Assembly (NCBI GenBank): GCA_951406725.2
Contig: OX597823.1
Coordinates: 90,024,001-90,088,000 of the forward strand
Length of the DNA stretch: 64,000 nucleotides
Direction: 5' to 3'
From: Octopus vulgaris
Taxonomy: Eukaryota
In this document: one piece after another, positions 1-58,115 of the stretch
How positions within the stretch are numbered: the first letter of the stretch is position 1
Layout of the letters: every line of letters begins with the position of its first letter
The notes under the pieces: model-generated
Databases searched by the model: none
Told to the model about the DNA's origin: nothing
What the model saw: only the letters and a program-made list of their open reading frames with translations
Program-made: the position numbers and the translations under genes

Positions 1-109
1 ATACTGCTTCACATCGTTAATGTACAATACATTTAGGAAATACAACGTAACACCATTTCGTCAGGTGTTCAACTGAACAATGTAATAACCAGAAATGTTA
101 GTTAGTTAG

Positions 110-565
110 TTAAATTTTTTTGCTCAAAAAGCAAAAAGCAAGGCCATGTAGGGGGATATGGAGTTATGTACAGGGTGGTGTTCATGTAAAGAGTTCAGGC
201 CACTTGTGGTCAAGGGAGACTTTGAACCGAGCGGTCGTCGGCATCTTCACTATTTCGTCCGGCAGCTTATTCCACGGATCCGCAACCCGGACGGAGAAAG
301 CACCTCTCCTTCGATTGAGATGAAATCGTCGCAGATAGGGCTTTTCGGAGTGACCCCGCAGCCGACGCTCTGGAGCAGGAGTGAAGAACAGCTCTTTCGA
401 GAGGTTACACTTTCCGCTTATGATGTTGTGAGCGAGAATGAGATCACCACGGCGTCGTCGTTTTTCTAGAGAATAAAGGTCGAGCGTCTTCAGCCTTTCT
501 TCATAAGACAAATGCTTGAGACCAAGAACCATGCGGGTAGCCAGCTTCTGGACTCTTTCGAGATG
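110..565 (-). mobile_element. 3' fragment of a CR1/L2-like LINE (RT C-terminus and 3' end)
   Basis: ORF 182..658 reads [46 protein letters not shown], typical of CR1-group ORF2 ends. Confidence 0.85.
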
Positions 566-593
566 TGAAGTATATATAGATATATATATATGC

Positions 594-669
<76 letters not shown>

Positions 670-672
670 CCT

Positions 673-703
<31 letters not shown>

Positions 704-793
704 CATATATATATAGATATATATATGTATAGATAATAGAAATATTAAAATTACTAAGTCTCTCTAAAAGAGATTACGGCAGCGTTACTGGAA

Positions 794-1138
794 ATTAATT
801 GTTATCGCCATATTAATATGGCAGTCTTATAGATATAAGACTAAAAGCTGTCGCTGATTAGCTCCATGAGGCCATCGCCTTAAGATAGCTATTTGACACA
901 CAAACTGTGTCCATTATAACCTTCGAACAATTAACAAAGGGCAAATACCCTGAAACGCGTCTGTAGCTGTCTGACTGGCAGTGTGAAGCGGCTGACCTCC
1001 CTTGTTCGAAGGTTATAATGGACACAGTTTGTGTGTCAAATAGCTATCTTAAGGCGATGGCCTCATGGAGCTAATCAGCGACAGCTTTTAGTCTTATATC
1101 TATAAGACTGCCATATTAATAGTGCGATAACAATTAAT
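794..1138. repeat. Long inverted repeat (arms about 794-930 and 1002-1138), Penelope inverted-pLTR-like
   Basis: Near-perfect reverse complement; the spacer has a degenerate hammerhead (ttaacaa AGGG..CCCT GAAAC GC GTC). Confidence 0.85.
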
Positions 1139-1169
1139 ATGTATAGATACATATATGTATATATACATA

Positions 1170-1199
1170 TATATAAATAATATTAACAATGATGATAAC

Positions 1200-1240
<41 letters not shown>

Positions 1241-2600
1241 CAATGATATAAATATAAATAATGATAATAACAATACCAATAATGAAGGTAGTATAGGTAT
1301 AAGTATGGTAGATGAGAATGATGGTGAAAATGGATTAATAAATAGTAACCCTAATTTGGATATCATTATGACCACTATAAATGAAAATAATACTAATAAT
1401 AATACTAATAATAATTTAAATAACAGTAATGTGAGGAACTATCCTTAAATAATTCCAAAACTGAATACTATCCCACCAGTTGTAATTGTAGGATTAGATC
1501 AAATTGTCCGGTATCTGGTCGTTGTTCGGTCCAAAATGTAGTTTATAAATGCACTACAATAACTTCTAACAGTAGCTATTTTTATCTCGGATGTTCGGTG
1601 GATTTTAAAAGACGTCTTAACAACCATTTTTCCTCTTTTAGACTAAAACACAAGGCAGGTTGCACTACACTATCGAGCAAAATTTGGGAACTAAAAACAA
1701 ATAATATAGGATACAGCCTAAAATGGGATATAGTTAGAAGGGCAAAACCTTATAGAAATAGTAGGGTAGGCTGTCAACTTTGTTCTATGGAAACCTATGA
1801 AATTTTAAAGTATCGAAGTAATAAAAATCTGTTGAATAATCGTCTAGAGTTAGGAACATCTTGCATACATTCCACAACTCGAACATTTAAATACTTTAAA
1901 TAAAAAATTGAGTATTCCTATATTTTCAAACTTTAACTTTTTAATATAATAATAATATGAAATATACTATACTAACCTTTAACTTAACTTTCATAGACGA
2001 CTAGAAAAACTTCACTGTAATCTTGAAATTGGAACTTTCCCTAAATCTAATCTAGTTTTAAAATTTAAAGCTAATCATCAGTTATAAAATACGATACCTA
2101 CTAAAAATTAAGTGATAGTTTTGTTTCCCTTACCCTTTGTAAAAGAATTTAATGACCTCTCGACACTGACCTAGTTTTCTTCTCACCACATAGAAAAATT
2201 GGCTTTTTGTTCTAGTGACAACCTGAATTTCCTTTATGTATTCTGAATTCCTCCTCTTTCTACAACTAACTTGAATTCCTTTTATGGTATTCTAAAACCT
2301 TCCCTTGCCCTAATTCCTATAACTAAAAAATTCTAAGCAGTCAGTTGCAAGCAGAGTTTTGGTCAGTTAGCATCTGGACTACACAACCTCATATGTTCCT
2401 AAAATTTATATCTACATCTTTATCTGTATATTTACCTTCACTAAAATGTTACTACTTGATTTGAAAGCTTTTATATTATTGGAAAACCTATATAAATTAG
2501 CTGATGAGTACTCAGCATCTTAAATCTGCTGTAATATTTACAGTTTTAATAAAATGTTGTAGTACGAAACAATTGTACTAAATTACAGGAATCATTCTTG
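1170..2600 (+). mobile_element. 5'-truncated Penelope-like element: Asn-rich linker, GIY-YIG endonuclease (1481-1903) and 3' hammerhead
   Basis: Frame from 1481 reads CNCRIRSNCPVSGRCSVQNVVYKC..FYLG..FKRRLNNH..CQLC..E..LNNRLE..CIH; flanked by (TA)n. Confidence 0.85.
2491..2587 (+). ncRNA. Type I hammerhead ribozyme with extended stem II
   Basis: TTAG-CTGATGA-GTACTCAGCAT...ATGTTGTAGTAC-GAAAC-AATT-GTA-CTAA: intact core, palindromic loop III. Confidence 0.8.
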
Positions 2601-2604
2601 TTGC

Positions 2605-2773
2605 ATATATATATGTACATATACATATATATATGTAGATATATATATATGTATATATACATATATATATATACATATGTATGTATATATATACATATAT
2701 ACATATCTATATACCTGTATATATACACATATATATATACATGTATACATACACATATATGTATATATACATG

Positions 2774-2809
<36 letters not shown>

Positions 2810-2814
2810 CATAT

Positions 2815-2852
<38 letters not shown>

Positions 2853-2877
2853 GTATTTAGATATAGATATACATATA

Positions 2878-2917
<40 letters not shown>

Positions 2918-3195
2918 TATATATATACATGCACATCTATATATACATACAGATCTAAATATATATCTCTAAATATATCTATATATATATACATATATAC
3001 GTAAACATCTATGTATATGCATCTATACGCATGCATCTATATATTTATATACATCTATGTATATGCATATTATATACATACATATATGTGTATGCATATA
3101 TATATATATATATATATGCATACATATATATACATTAATATATACATGTACAGGAATATATATATATATGTACATAAATATATACATATATATAT
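2605..3195. repeat. Compound (TA)n/(TACA)n microsatellite, representative of dozens of (TA)n, (CA)n, (TATG)n, (ATT)n and (CAT)n tracts
   Basis: Directly visible; explains most YI/CV/HT-rich ORFs in the track. Confidence 0.97.
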
Positions 3196-3873
3196 ATTAC
3201 GGAGGCAGAAAAAAGGTAAACAAACAGAAAATATTATGCCCCTTGTTCCATTAGTTGGAATTGAACCGGCGCTCCAGTTGTTCAGGACAATGATATTTTC
3301 CTTTGTCCTGTCACGACCACGACAATTAATGATCCTAGGCAACGATCTATGATCCCAACACGGTCACGGAAAGTTTAAAAAAAAAATGCTACCCTTTATA
3401 AATGCGGCTGGCATTGGGGTTAGTTGGTCATTCGGCGCGGGACAGCCAGCAGGGAGCGAATTGGATATGGTCAGTTGGCGAGAGTCAGTCAGCCAGACCG
3501 TGAGCGGAGCGGATGAGGGAGTGAGATGGAGATGGTGGGGTCGGCGAGAGGCAACGACAAAGATGACAAGCGTTGTCTGGAGAAAGAGAGACAGTGAATG
3601 TGAGAGATGACAAGCGAGAGGAAGTAAGGAAGATGACAGTGAAGATGACGAACTAACTGTTACTTTCTCAGATGCAGCACGGATTTTTGTCAGTGAACAG
3701 GTCGCGGATTTTAGCGACGAAAATATTTTGACAAATTAAACTTAAATGTTGAAGTGAATCGAACGGCTTTTGTGTGTTTCTTAAATGGCTTATAAACACC
3801 TTCCACGCTACAATTGTTTTCGTTTCAGCACACGATCTCAGATCAAATTACTTGCTATGCGAGTACATCTCCG

Positions 3874-3878
<5 letters not shown>
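3195..3878. mobile_element. About 680-bp solo-LTR-like or MITE-like element inserted in (TA)n
   Basis: Termini TATTACGGAG / CTCCGTAATA are inverted; internal TATAAA near 3397 and ATTAAA near 3735. Confidence 0.6.
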
Positions 3879-3935
<57 letters not shown>

Positions 3936-4208
3936 CACACTTGCACACACACACATATACTTTTTTCTTTCTTCTTTAATGTATTTCAGTCATTTGACTA
4001 AGGCTATGCTGGAGCACCACCTTTAGTCGTACAAATCGACGCCAGAACTTATTCTTTGTAAGCCTAGTATTTTTTCTATCAGTTGCTTTTGTCGAACTGT
4101 TAAGTTACGGGGACGTAAACGCACTAGCATCGGTCGTCAAGCGATGATGAGGACGAATTCAGACGCACAAACATACACACACATACATATATACATATAC
4201 ACACACAC

Positions 4209-4249
<41 letters not shown>

Positions 4250-4270
4250 CATACACACACACACACACAA

Positions 4271-4348
<78 letters not shown>

Positions 4349-4349
4349 G

Positions 4350-4725
4350 CATGATTCTGACATGCAATATCTGTGCAAGACCCTGCCTCAGTAAAGCTGG
4401 ACTCATGAGTCATCTTCGTAGTCATAAAACGAGACAGATGAGTGGCAACCTGGCCACTGGTGGTGGTGTAATGCACCATACTAATCATATCTGTCGGGCC
4501 TGTGAAAGAGAGTGTAATTCGGCAGGAGGACTTAAACGTCATGCAAAGGTACATGAAGCCCAGTTACAACTACAGCCGGCTACTACCGGTAAAGGTTTTA
4601 GTTGCCAATTTTGTACAAGACATTGCAGATCTTTAGCTGGGCTAAAAAGTCACATTCGATCACAGCACCAGTAACAGTTAAGCTTCGTGTAATGGCCATA
4701 CTCGATAACGAGGGGGCAGCCATAA
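4350..4725 (+). mobile_element. Probable 3' end of an RTE-type LINE encoding three C2H2 zinc fingers
   Basis: [52 protein letters not shown]; no splice acceptor, begins at a microsatellite, short 3' tail. Confidence 0.6.
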
Positions 4726-4986
4726 AAAAAATGTATGAATATATATAATCAATAATGTCAAAGGGTAATCAGAAATATTTTTAATTTCCATTCCCAGTGG
4801 CCTAAAATGTAAAAAAAAATTAGTCAATAGTCTATATATTATTCATAAATACAGTGTACATTTAGACACACAAGAGGCATCCATCAGAGGATTCCTTACA
4901 CGCTAGAGAGGACAGTCAATTTCCAAACCACTATTTGGGATAAAATTTCGAAATGAATGAAAAACAAAAACATTTACCATCTAACT

Positions 4987-5056
4987 CCTGGACCAATGAT
5001 TTCAGACATTTTTAAGCAAATAAAATATTTTGCTTGGCGAAGTCTTCTTCAGCAGG
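4987..5056 (-). ncRNA. Hammerhead ribozyme motif in a non-autonomous Penelope-like repeat (about 4790-5260)
   Basis: Minus strand: CCTG-CTGAAGA-AGAC...GTCT-GAAAT-CATTG-GTC-CAGG; same family recurs at 50193-50367 and 62295-62955. Confidence 0.7.
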
Positions 5057-5328
5057 TACACCTTAGATTATATATATATACACGAGGCAATCCAGTATAT
5101 TCCATGTGCTAATACATTTTAATTTTTCAAATCTACCGTGCAAGCGTGGCTCCTTGTCGGCAGTAAATAAAATGCCGGCTTTTTACGCGGTAGATTTGAA
5201 AAATTAGAATATATAAGCTCGGGGTATATACTGGATTTTCTGGAAAATTTTCGAATGTAATTTATATACATATATACATATATGTATATATACACACATG
5301 CACACACACATATATGCATGAATGTGTA

Positions 5329-5373
<45 letters not shown>

Positions 5374-5454
5374 AATATTAGGGAATAAATCCAAATTTAC
5401 AGGGAAAAAATCAGATTTAGGATTAAATCCAATTTTATAGTAAAATATTATATA

Positions 5455-5707
5455 ATATTAATTAGAGACAAAACCACTATTTTGCAAAACAAACAAGGAA
5501 AGACTTTTTTACTTTTTTTTACTTTTTTTTACTTTTTTAAACTTTTTTTACTTTTTTAATTTTTTTTACTTTTTTTTAATTTTTTTTACTTTTTTTTATT
5601 TTTTTAACTTTTTTTTACTTTTTTTTACTTTTTACTTTTTATTAAAATTTTATGTATTGATTAAGTCTTTCCTTGTTTGTTTTGCAAAATAGTGGTTTTG
5701 TCTCTAA

Positions 5708-5713
<6 letters not shown>
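5455..5713. repeat. Inverted repeat (about 50-bp arms) around a (TTTTTAC)n-like spacer, within (TA)n
   Basis: attaattagagacaaaaccactattttgcaaaacaaacaaggaaagact and its reverse complement. Confidence 0.8.
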
Positions 5714-5772
<59 letters not shown>

Positions 5773-5893
5773 GTTTGTATATATATATACATATATATAT
5801 ATATGTATATATATGTATGTATATGTGTAGATATATGTATATATGTACATTTATGTATATATATCTCTGTATATATACTTGTATGTATACAAA

Positions 5894-6312
5894 TAGGCGC
5901 AGGAGTGGCTGTGTGGTAAGTAGCTTGTTTACCAGCCACATGGTTCCGGGTTCAGTCCCACTGCGTGGCACCTTGGTCAAGTGTCTTCTACTATAGCCTC
6001 GGGCCGACCAAAGCCTTGTGAGTGGATTTGGTTGACGGAAACTGAAAGAAGCCCGTCGTATATCTGTCTATATATATATATATATATATATATGCGTGTG
6101 TGTGTTTGTGTGTCTGTGTTTGTCCCCCTAGCATTGCTTGACAACCAATGCTGGTGTGTTTACGTCCCCGTTACTTAGCGGTTCGGCAAAAGAAACCGAT
6201 AGAATAAGTACTGGGCTTACAAAAGAATAAGTCCCGGGGTCGTGTTGCTCGATTAAAGGCAGTGCTCCAGCATGGCCGCAGTCAGATGACTGAAACAAGT
6301 AAAAGAGTAAAA
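5894..6312 (+). mobile_element. tRNA-derived SINE with internal microsatellite (the dominant family; further copies near 3977, 16335, 16540, 17290, 21340, 30675, 36740, 37655, 42785, 51315, 53685, 63920)
   Basis: A box TGGCTGTGTGG, B box GGTTCAGTCCC, shared 3' end gctccagcatggccgcagtc..gactgaaacaagtaaaaga. Confidence 0.85.
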
Positions 6313-6632
6313 GAGATATGTGTGTGTATATATATGTGCATATATATACGTATATATATATATATGTGTATATATATGTGTGTGTGTATAATTATGTATA
6401 TGTGTGTGTATATATATATATATATATATGTGTGTGCATATATATATGTGCATGTATATATATGTGTGTGTGTATATATATGTGTGTGTGTATATATATA
6501 TTTGTATATATATATATATGTGTGCGTATATATATGTGTGTATATAAATGTGTGTGTGTGCATACATATATGTGTGGATATATTTATATATGTGTGTATA
6601 TACATACATATGTGTGTATATATGCGTGTATG

Positions 6633-6679
<47 letters not shown>

Positions 6680-7464
6680 TGAAAAACTAAAGAAGATGGA
6701 AATGCTTAGTGAGCTTTAATATGGCAAAAAGCAAAGAAAATATGAACTGGTTTCGGCCATTTAAGACGAACTTTTCCTGCTGGAATAAAATGGAAAGAAA
6801 AATTGAAATACATGGAATTTAACTTTCAAAATATCACCACTTTTACAAAGTGGCCATCACCACCAACTGGTAGCATTCTGAAGGCCTCGAAATACAGCAC
6901 CATGTAGATTTTACTAATAAAAAGATATGAGCTTCCAGAAGTGATATTCTGAAAGTTTAATTTAATCTATTTCGAATTTTAATGATTATGGGAACGTCTA
7001 TTTACTTCTGTCATGTCTGTGTATAAGTAATTTAAATACATATACATAGATACATAGATACATATATATACACACATATACATAGATACATGTTCATAGG
7101 CACATACATATTGGAACAAGTGTATTAAATGCAAATATTACAAATAAAGAGCATCCAACCATCGAGGTACACTGTGTATGCACGCACACACTCACACACA
7201 TACATACACTTTCTCTCTTTGTCTTTTCTTTCGCCCTCTCCTCCCAGACAACACCCAATCCCAAACGCTAGTCATTCACTCACATTCCTCCCCCTCTCCC
7301 CCATACCACCACTTACACTCCCACAGGCACTGTCACTTGCACACCTGGTACATATATTACGAACGTATATATGAAAGGTGATACAGATACTCACAAACAG
7401 GCACAGACATATTTAGAAATTTCTTGAAGCAGACAACACATTTGTTCTGAGAGGTTTGTTTACC

Positions 7465-52357
<44,893 letters not shown>

Positions 52358-52409
52358 TTTACGTGTGTATGTATATATTTATATACATACGTGATTGTAT
52401 GTATGTATG

Positions 52410-52443
<34 letters not shown>

Positions 52444-52559
52444 TGTATGTATGTATGTATGTGAGCATACACAAACTGTTTGACAGACAGAGAGATAGAT
52501 CATAAAAGGGGACACAAGAAATGATATTAATGCACTATAGGATTGTAAAGACATATGTT

Positions 52560-52596
<37 letters not shown>

Positions 52597-52643
52597 TTAT
52601 ATATATACATATATACACTCATACATACATATATACATATTCA

Positions 52644-53057
52644 TCTCTGTATATATAAAACTGAGAATGTGTGTCTGTCTGTGTGTTTCCCTAAAACTTG
52701 AGAACTACACAGCCAATTTCATTCAAATTTTACACATGCCTTACTTAAGGTCCGGGGAGTGTCATCGGCAAAAAAAGATCTTAACTTTTTCCCTAGGGCG
52801 ACCCCACAGCAATATCATATCTTCTCCACTATTTCAGTATTACGTGTTAAAAGTGAAACAAAAACATCTCTATTTTGTAATGCAGACACTTTCACTTTAA
52901 TACTGAAACTATTAAAGTGAAAGTATTATATAACAGGAATGAACCATTAACAACGGTCATCCATTTTGCTAGAAGAAGATCCGTTATGGTCTTATATGCT
53001 ACACCACTGGTTTTCAATTCATATTAATCAAATTAATATTGAATTTTTCACCCTTAT

Positions 53058-53104
<47 letters not shown>

Positions 53105-54882
53105 TAGCAATTGGTATAAAATTACATCAATGACTTGAACTTGAATAAGTGGTTTCACATAAATGGGGATAAATTAAAAACGTTTGTTGTTATTATTATT
53201 ACTGTTTGACTATTGTAATCACGTTTGTTGGTTCCTCGTCAGGGAAACGTTGTTGTGTTGCATTTGTTAAATAATTGTAAACCGTAACCCTCCCTCTTTC
53301 GGGGAGGGGGCTTTGGTTATTGTTTAAAAATTGAATTGTGTCCCTGTTTGGGGAAATTGACAATATTTTCACCGTCTTTATGGAAGCATTTTTGTTAAAA
53401 TGCCTTCGCTAGAAGAAAGTCCAATAATGAATTTCGCTGCAGCCGCACACTTCTATACAAGATCCAATTGATAGAAATTGCAAGAGACGGGCCTACAATT
53501 CCAGTCTGTTATATATTTTGAGTATTGTTATCACTAGCGATATCAAGATATAACTTTGTATTTTGTATTTTATGTGTAGATGTATATATATAGTTGTACA
53601 CGTAATATGTATACATATATATACACATATATACATGCATAATATATCTACCCATACACACATACGCACACACACACATACATGGGCGCAGGTGTGGCTG
53701 TGTGGTAAAAAACTACGTTCCAAACACTGTGTGGTGGCTTGGCATGTGTCTTCTGCTGTAGCCTCAGACCAACAAAAGCCTTCTCAGTGGATTTTGTACA
53801 TATATACAGGCATACATACATATATATACTTGCATACGTACATATTCGGCATAAACACTCTACCACTACAACTAATAACTGTTGGGAACACTTTCAAACC
53901 TGCCTTACATTCGAACCGGAATCTCAATGCCCAAGTTTTCCATCTGAAGTTAATCTCTCTCATGGAGCTCATACAAAAAGGGCAAGTCTTTGGGCCCATA
54001 CAATGTGACATGTAGACAATCGAGTGGCAAAAAAGGGGCCTTCCACATGCTCATATCCTGCTTTGGCTCTCAGCGAAGATCAATTCTAATGACATCGGCA
54101 AGATAATCTCTGCAGAGCTTCCTGATCCAGCTTTAGACAAAGAACTATACGAAATAGTTAAAGCAAACATGGTACATGGTCCATGTGGGCGTGGATTCAA
54201 CATAAACACACCATGCTTGAAGGACAGCATATGTTCAAAAAGACTTCCAAGGAGGTTTCTACAAGAAACTCAGACAGGTGCTGATGGGTATCCGTCATAT
54301 AGACGCAGAAATCCTTCTCGCATGGGCAACTGTATGTTGGCTGCTCAAGAGTAGGAACCAAAAGAAACCTTTTTGTATATGCTCCACAAGGAAAAACAAG
54401 GAACATTGTTTACAACGAGGTGTTATAATCTCGACAGCCAGGAGGTATATACATGATCCCCTTTTTTTTAACAAAGTTCATGTACTTTCATGTATTTATA
54501 TTAATACTAGCAGTATCGCCCGGCGTTGCTCAGGTTTGTAAGGGAAATAACTATAAAGCATTTTTAGAGAGTTATAGCCAAAAAATAGCAAAAAAATGGG
54601 AAAAAATGATGGTAAATTTTTTTTTTAGTTAAAAAAGGTGGAGTTGCGTCCCCTAGACAGTTTGTGTTTCTGATTCTGGACCCCATGTCGAATTTATCGA
54701 TTTTTTTCAGAACTGGGGGAACTTTTCAAAATTTTCGCTGCGTTAGTTTTGAATTATGACATTGGGCTATGTGTGTGTCAAGTTTCATCAGAATCGGTTG
54801 AAAGCCGTGGTCAGGGTGAAGGTACAAGCAAACAGACACACAGAAACACGCACAGACAAACTGCCGTTTATATATAGAGAGA

Positions 54883-54929
<47 letters not shown>

Positions 54930-55000
54930 CCATGTATATATAACAGAAAAGTCTAATTCTTTAATTGAATGTAACCGGGCAACTCCGGGTATCTCTGCTA

Positions 55001-55001
<1 letters not shown>
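52644..55001 (+). mobile_element. Internally deleted Helitron retaining a Rep (HUH) fragment at about 53840-54320
   Basis: A|TC 5' end; EWQKRGLPHAHILLW..ISAELPDP..MVHGPCG..GYPSYRRR; 3' hairpin ccgggcaactccgg then CTAG|T. Confidence 0.85.
54507..54882 (-). mobile_element. Non-autonomous Helitron nested in opposite orientation (same family as 27228-27991)
   Basis: Minus-strand tctctctatatataaa 5' end and gagcaacgccgggcgatactgCTAG 3' end; shared internal sequence. Confidence 0.85.
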
Positions 55002-55050
<49 letters not shown>

Positions 55051-56099
55051 CTGTGTATGTTTATGCATTTGAAAAAGATTGAAACAAAATTAAATGGTAT
55101 TTTCTGGCCGAATGAAATCCTGTTTATTCATGCAAGACTGAGAACAGGGAGTAATGATTGTAAAAATGAAAGCAGAAAAACAACATACTGGCAGTAAGAA
55201 GTGGCAGCACTGTGAAATTGACAAGTGTTTCTTTAACTTTTAGTGCCAAGTCCAATTCCAGGCGTGGTTCTAGCTTGGCAAAGGTTGACCTCAGTTCAGC
55301 TAATTTGTTCTACATATACAACACAAGAAGAGCAAGTTTCCTCTGTTGGTCGTCTACAACCCGTGATGCTGTGGCTGTTGACTGTTTATTTATAGAGAGT
55401 AGCCCTAAAGATGGCAACGGAAGAAGGAAGACCTTTCTTTGGAGAAGGATAAGGGATGTATGGTGTGACCTTAACAGATAAAAAGGTGATACTGAGATTT
55501 TTTAAATGATAAGGGCTGCAAATGGCTGCCTTAAAAAGGTAAAAAGGCTGTACAGGGCCTCTTTAAGAGGTAAAGGCTGCATAGGACTGTTCAACCAGCA
55601 ACTTTAATAACATCCTTAGAGTGTAAGCTATGGCCCTTGACAGGGAAGTATAAAGCACTGAACTAGATTCTATAAAAGACTTAACAGGATTCACAATCCA
55701 CTGTTGCTTCTTAAGTGAAATTATAATCGTAATTCTTCGGTGAAAAATTAAATATAAATTGATATTTATGAATTTAGGTTTATTTTCACTTGTTTCAAAG
55801 AAAGTTTTTAAAGTATTTCAAAGAATTTTAAAAAATGAAATAAAATGAAATAAAAGCAAACAAGCAAGTAAGCATGCCATCTGGCAGATTAGAACCTGTC
55901 GACAGTTTGGTGTTAGAAAGAAAGCTCCAGCCTCCTTCCAAATAGATGCTATCTTTGATGATATTCGGTCTGTTACAAGGGCAACCATTTCATTCCTGGC
56001 AACAAGGCATAAAAAAAGCAAAACAACAAAACAACAAAACAAAAAAGTAAAAAATAAGACAAAGCGGCAGTTGAGTTGAAATTTTCAAAAATTCAAAAC

Positions 56100-56850
56100 A
56101 TCAGACCTTGCTTCTTATTAAGGTTTTCTAGGACTTTAGTCTTTGCTAAATCAACTCTAAGGCCCCTTGATTCCAAACCTTGCTTCCACACCTGAAATTT
56201 CTTCTCTAGTTCTTGTAGTGATTCAGCAATAGGTTCAAAGTCATCAGCATAGAGGAGCTTTCATGAGCAACACATCTGAAATTCTTCTGTTATGGCCAGA
56301 AGGACTATGATGAACAAGAGGGGGCTGAGAATCGATCCTTTGTGTACACTCCTACATGTACATTGAATTCACTGTTATACTCATTGCCAACCTTCACCTT
56401 ACAATCAGCATCTCTCTACCTGGTTTCTACAGCTCTCACCAATCACTCATTTATCTCTAGCGTTCTGCATTACTTATAAGTTAAGGGAGCAGGGGAGGCC
56501 GTCAAAGGCTTTCTCCATTTCAATAAAAGCAAAGTACTTCTCCTGAAGCAGCTTCACCAAGAAGATAGCATCAGTTGTGCATCTTCCTGGCACAAAACTA
56601 AGCTGCATTACATGAAGTCTCCCCCTTTTTAATTTTTGACCTTCTCTGTAACATTCATTTTTGACCTTCTCTGTAACATTCATTACCTTTTCCAGCGATT
56701 CGATACCTTTGTAATTATCTCTCTCTAAAGTGTCAACTTTACATTTGAAGAGTTGACTATAATGTTGTTACACCAACCACTGGACAGAGTTGACTATAAT
56801 GTTGTTACACCAACCTTCATGGACAACCTATCTAATTCCCTGTTCCACCA

Positions 56851-56855
<5 letters not shown>
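56100..56855 (-). mobile_element. Old RTE LINE RT fragment related to the 11015-14498 element
   Basis: MQLSFVPGRCTTDAIFLV..LQEKY..EMEKAFD; LLYADD on the minus strand near 56240. Confidence 0.8.
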
Positions 56856-56915
<60 letters not shown>

Positions 56916-56917
<2 letters not shown>

Positions 56918-58115
56918 AATAAATGAAAGAATGGAGTCGAACGAAGATGTTAACAAAATTCATTTAATAACAATGGTAGTGTTGATGGTAACAACAATAA
57001 CGGTATTGTTGTCGGTGGTATTACTGGTTGTAGTACCATTAATAATACTAATAATAATAGAAATAGTGTAGTTGTTAGCGCTAATAATGATAGTAACAAC
57101 AATCATAACAATAAAAACTTCGTTTCGATCTCGGAGGACAACCCCAACAGAATCGAATTTTTGTCTAGTAATTCTAAGATTAAGAATTCTATTTACCAGT
57201 GTAGAATTTCTTCCGGTACCGATGTCTTCTTCTATATAGGAGCGTCCACTTCCCAGTTATCCAAGAGAATTTCAAACCACTATTCAACATTCAGGGATAG
57301 TAAAAAACGACATAGTACAGGGCTAAGTAAATTAGTTTGGCGTCTTAAAGACAACAATATAATTTTCAAGTTAGATTGGTTCATACTGTCTGTATCCTTT
57401 CCTTTTGATAAGGGCAGGAGATTTTGTAACATTTGTAACTCTGAACTCTTCCATATTCTTTTTTCTAAGGTTCCCCTAGTAAATACAATCATAGAAAAAT
57501 CATACAAATGTAAACACTGGCAGAAACACACTTTCTACTCATATAAATGATAACGATAGTCACTGTGGTTTGAACAATTAGCTTTACGCCCACCCCACTT
57601 CTATAGAGAAATTCTTTCCTAAGCCTTCGAACATTCTTTCAATCAACGTACCCTTCCCTCTCCACTTATTCCCTACCTATTATTCCTTTATCCCTTCTCT
57701 TCCTACTATCTATCTTTGACGTCAATTCTTCTAACAGTTTTTTTTAAAAAAACACTCATTATCGCTTTGTTTACCATGTAGGCAATCATCGAAATTTTTG
57801 TTTGTCTTGTTGTCGAGAGAGGCTCCCTTTCTTTCCTGATGAGAAGATTGCATAATGCACCCTTTATTCCTTTGGAATGAAAACATGCTGTCTTCGAAAC
57901 ATATGTCGAGAGTAAAGGAATTTTGTTAACATCTTCGTTCGACTCCATTCTTTCATTTATTCATATACAACACACAAATTTCTGCACATGAACCCGGTGT
58001 TTCTACCCTTGACAGGTCGCTTCAACCGTGTTTCTGACGTGAATTTGCTACCTAGGTTTCGGTTAAACGAATTTTCCATGCTGACGATAAACATAGGATA
58101 ATTGATTCACCTACT

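Noticed and set aside
7100-7464. Promoter or transcription start of the SLC22 gene
   Set aside because: No unambiguous core promoter element; an upstream non-coding exon cannot be excluded
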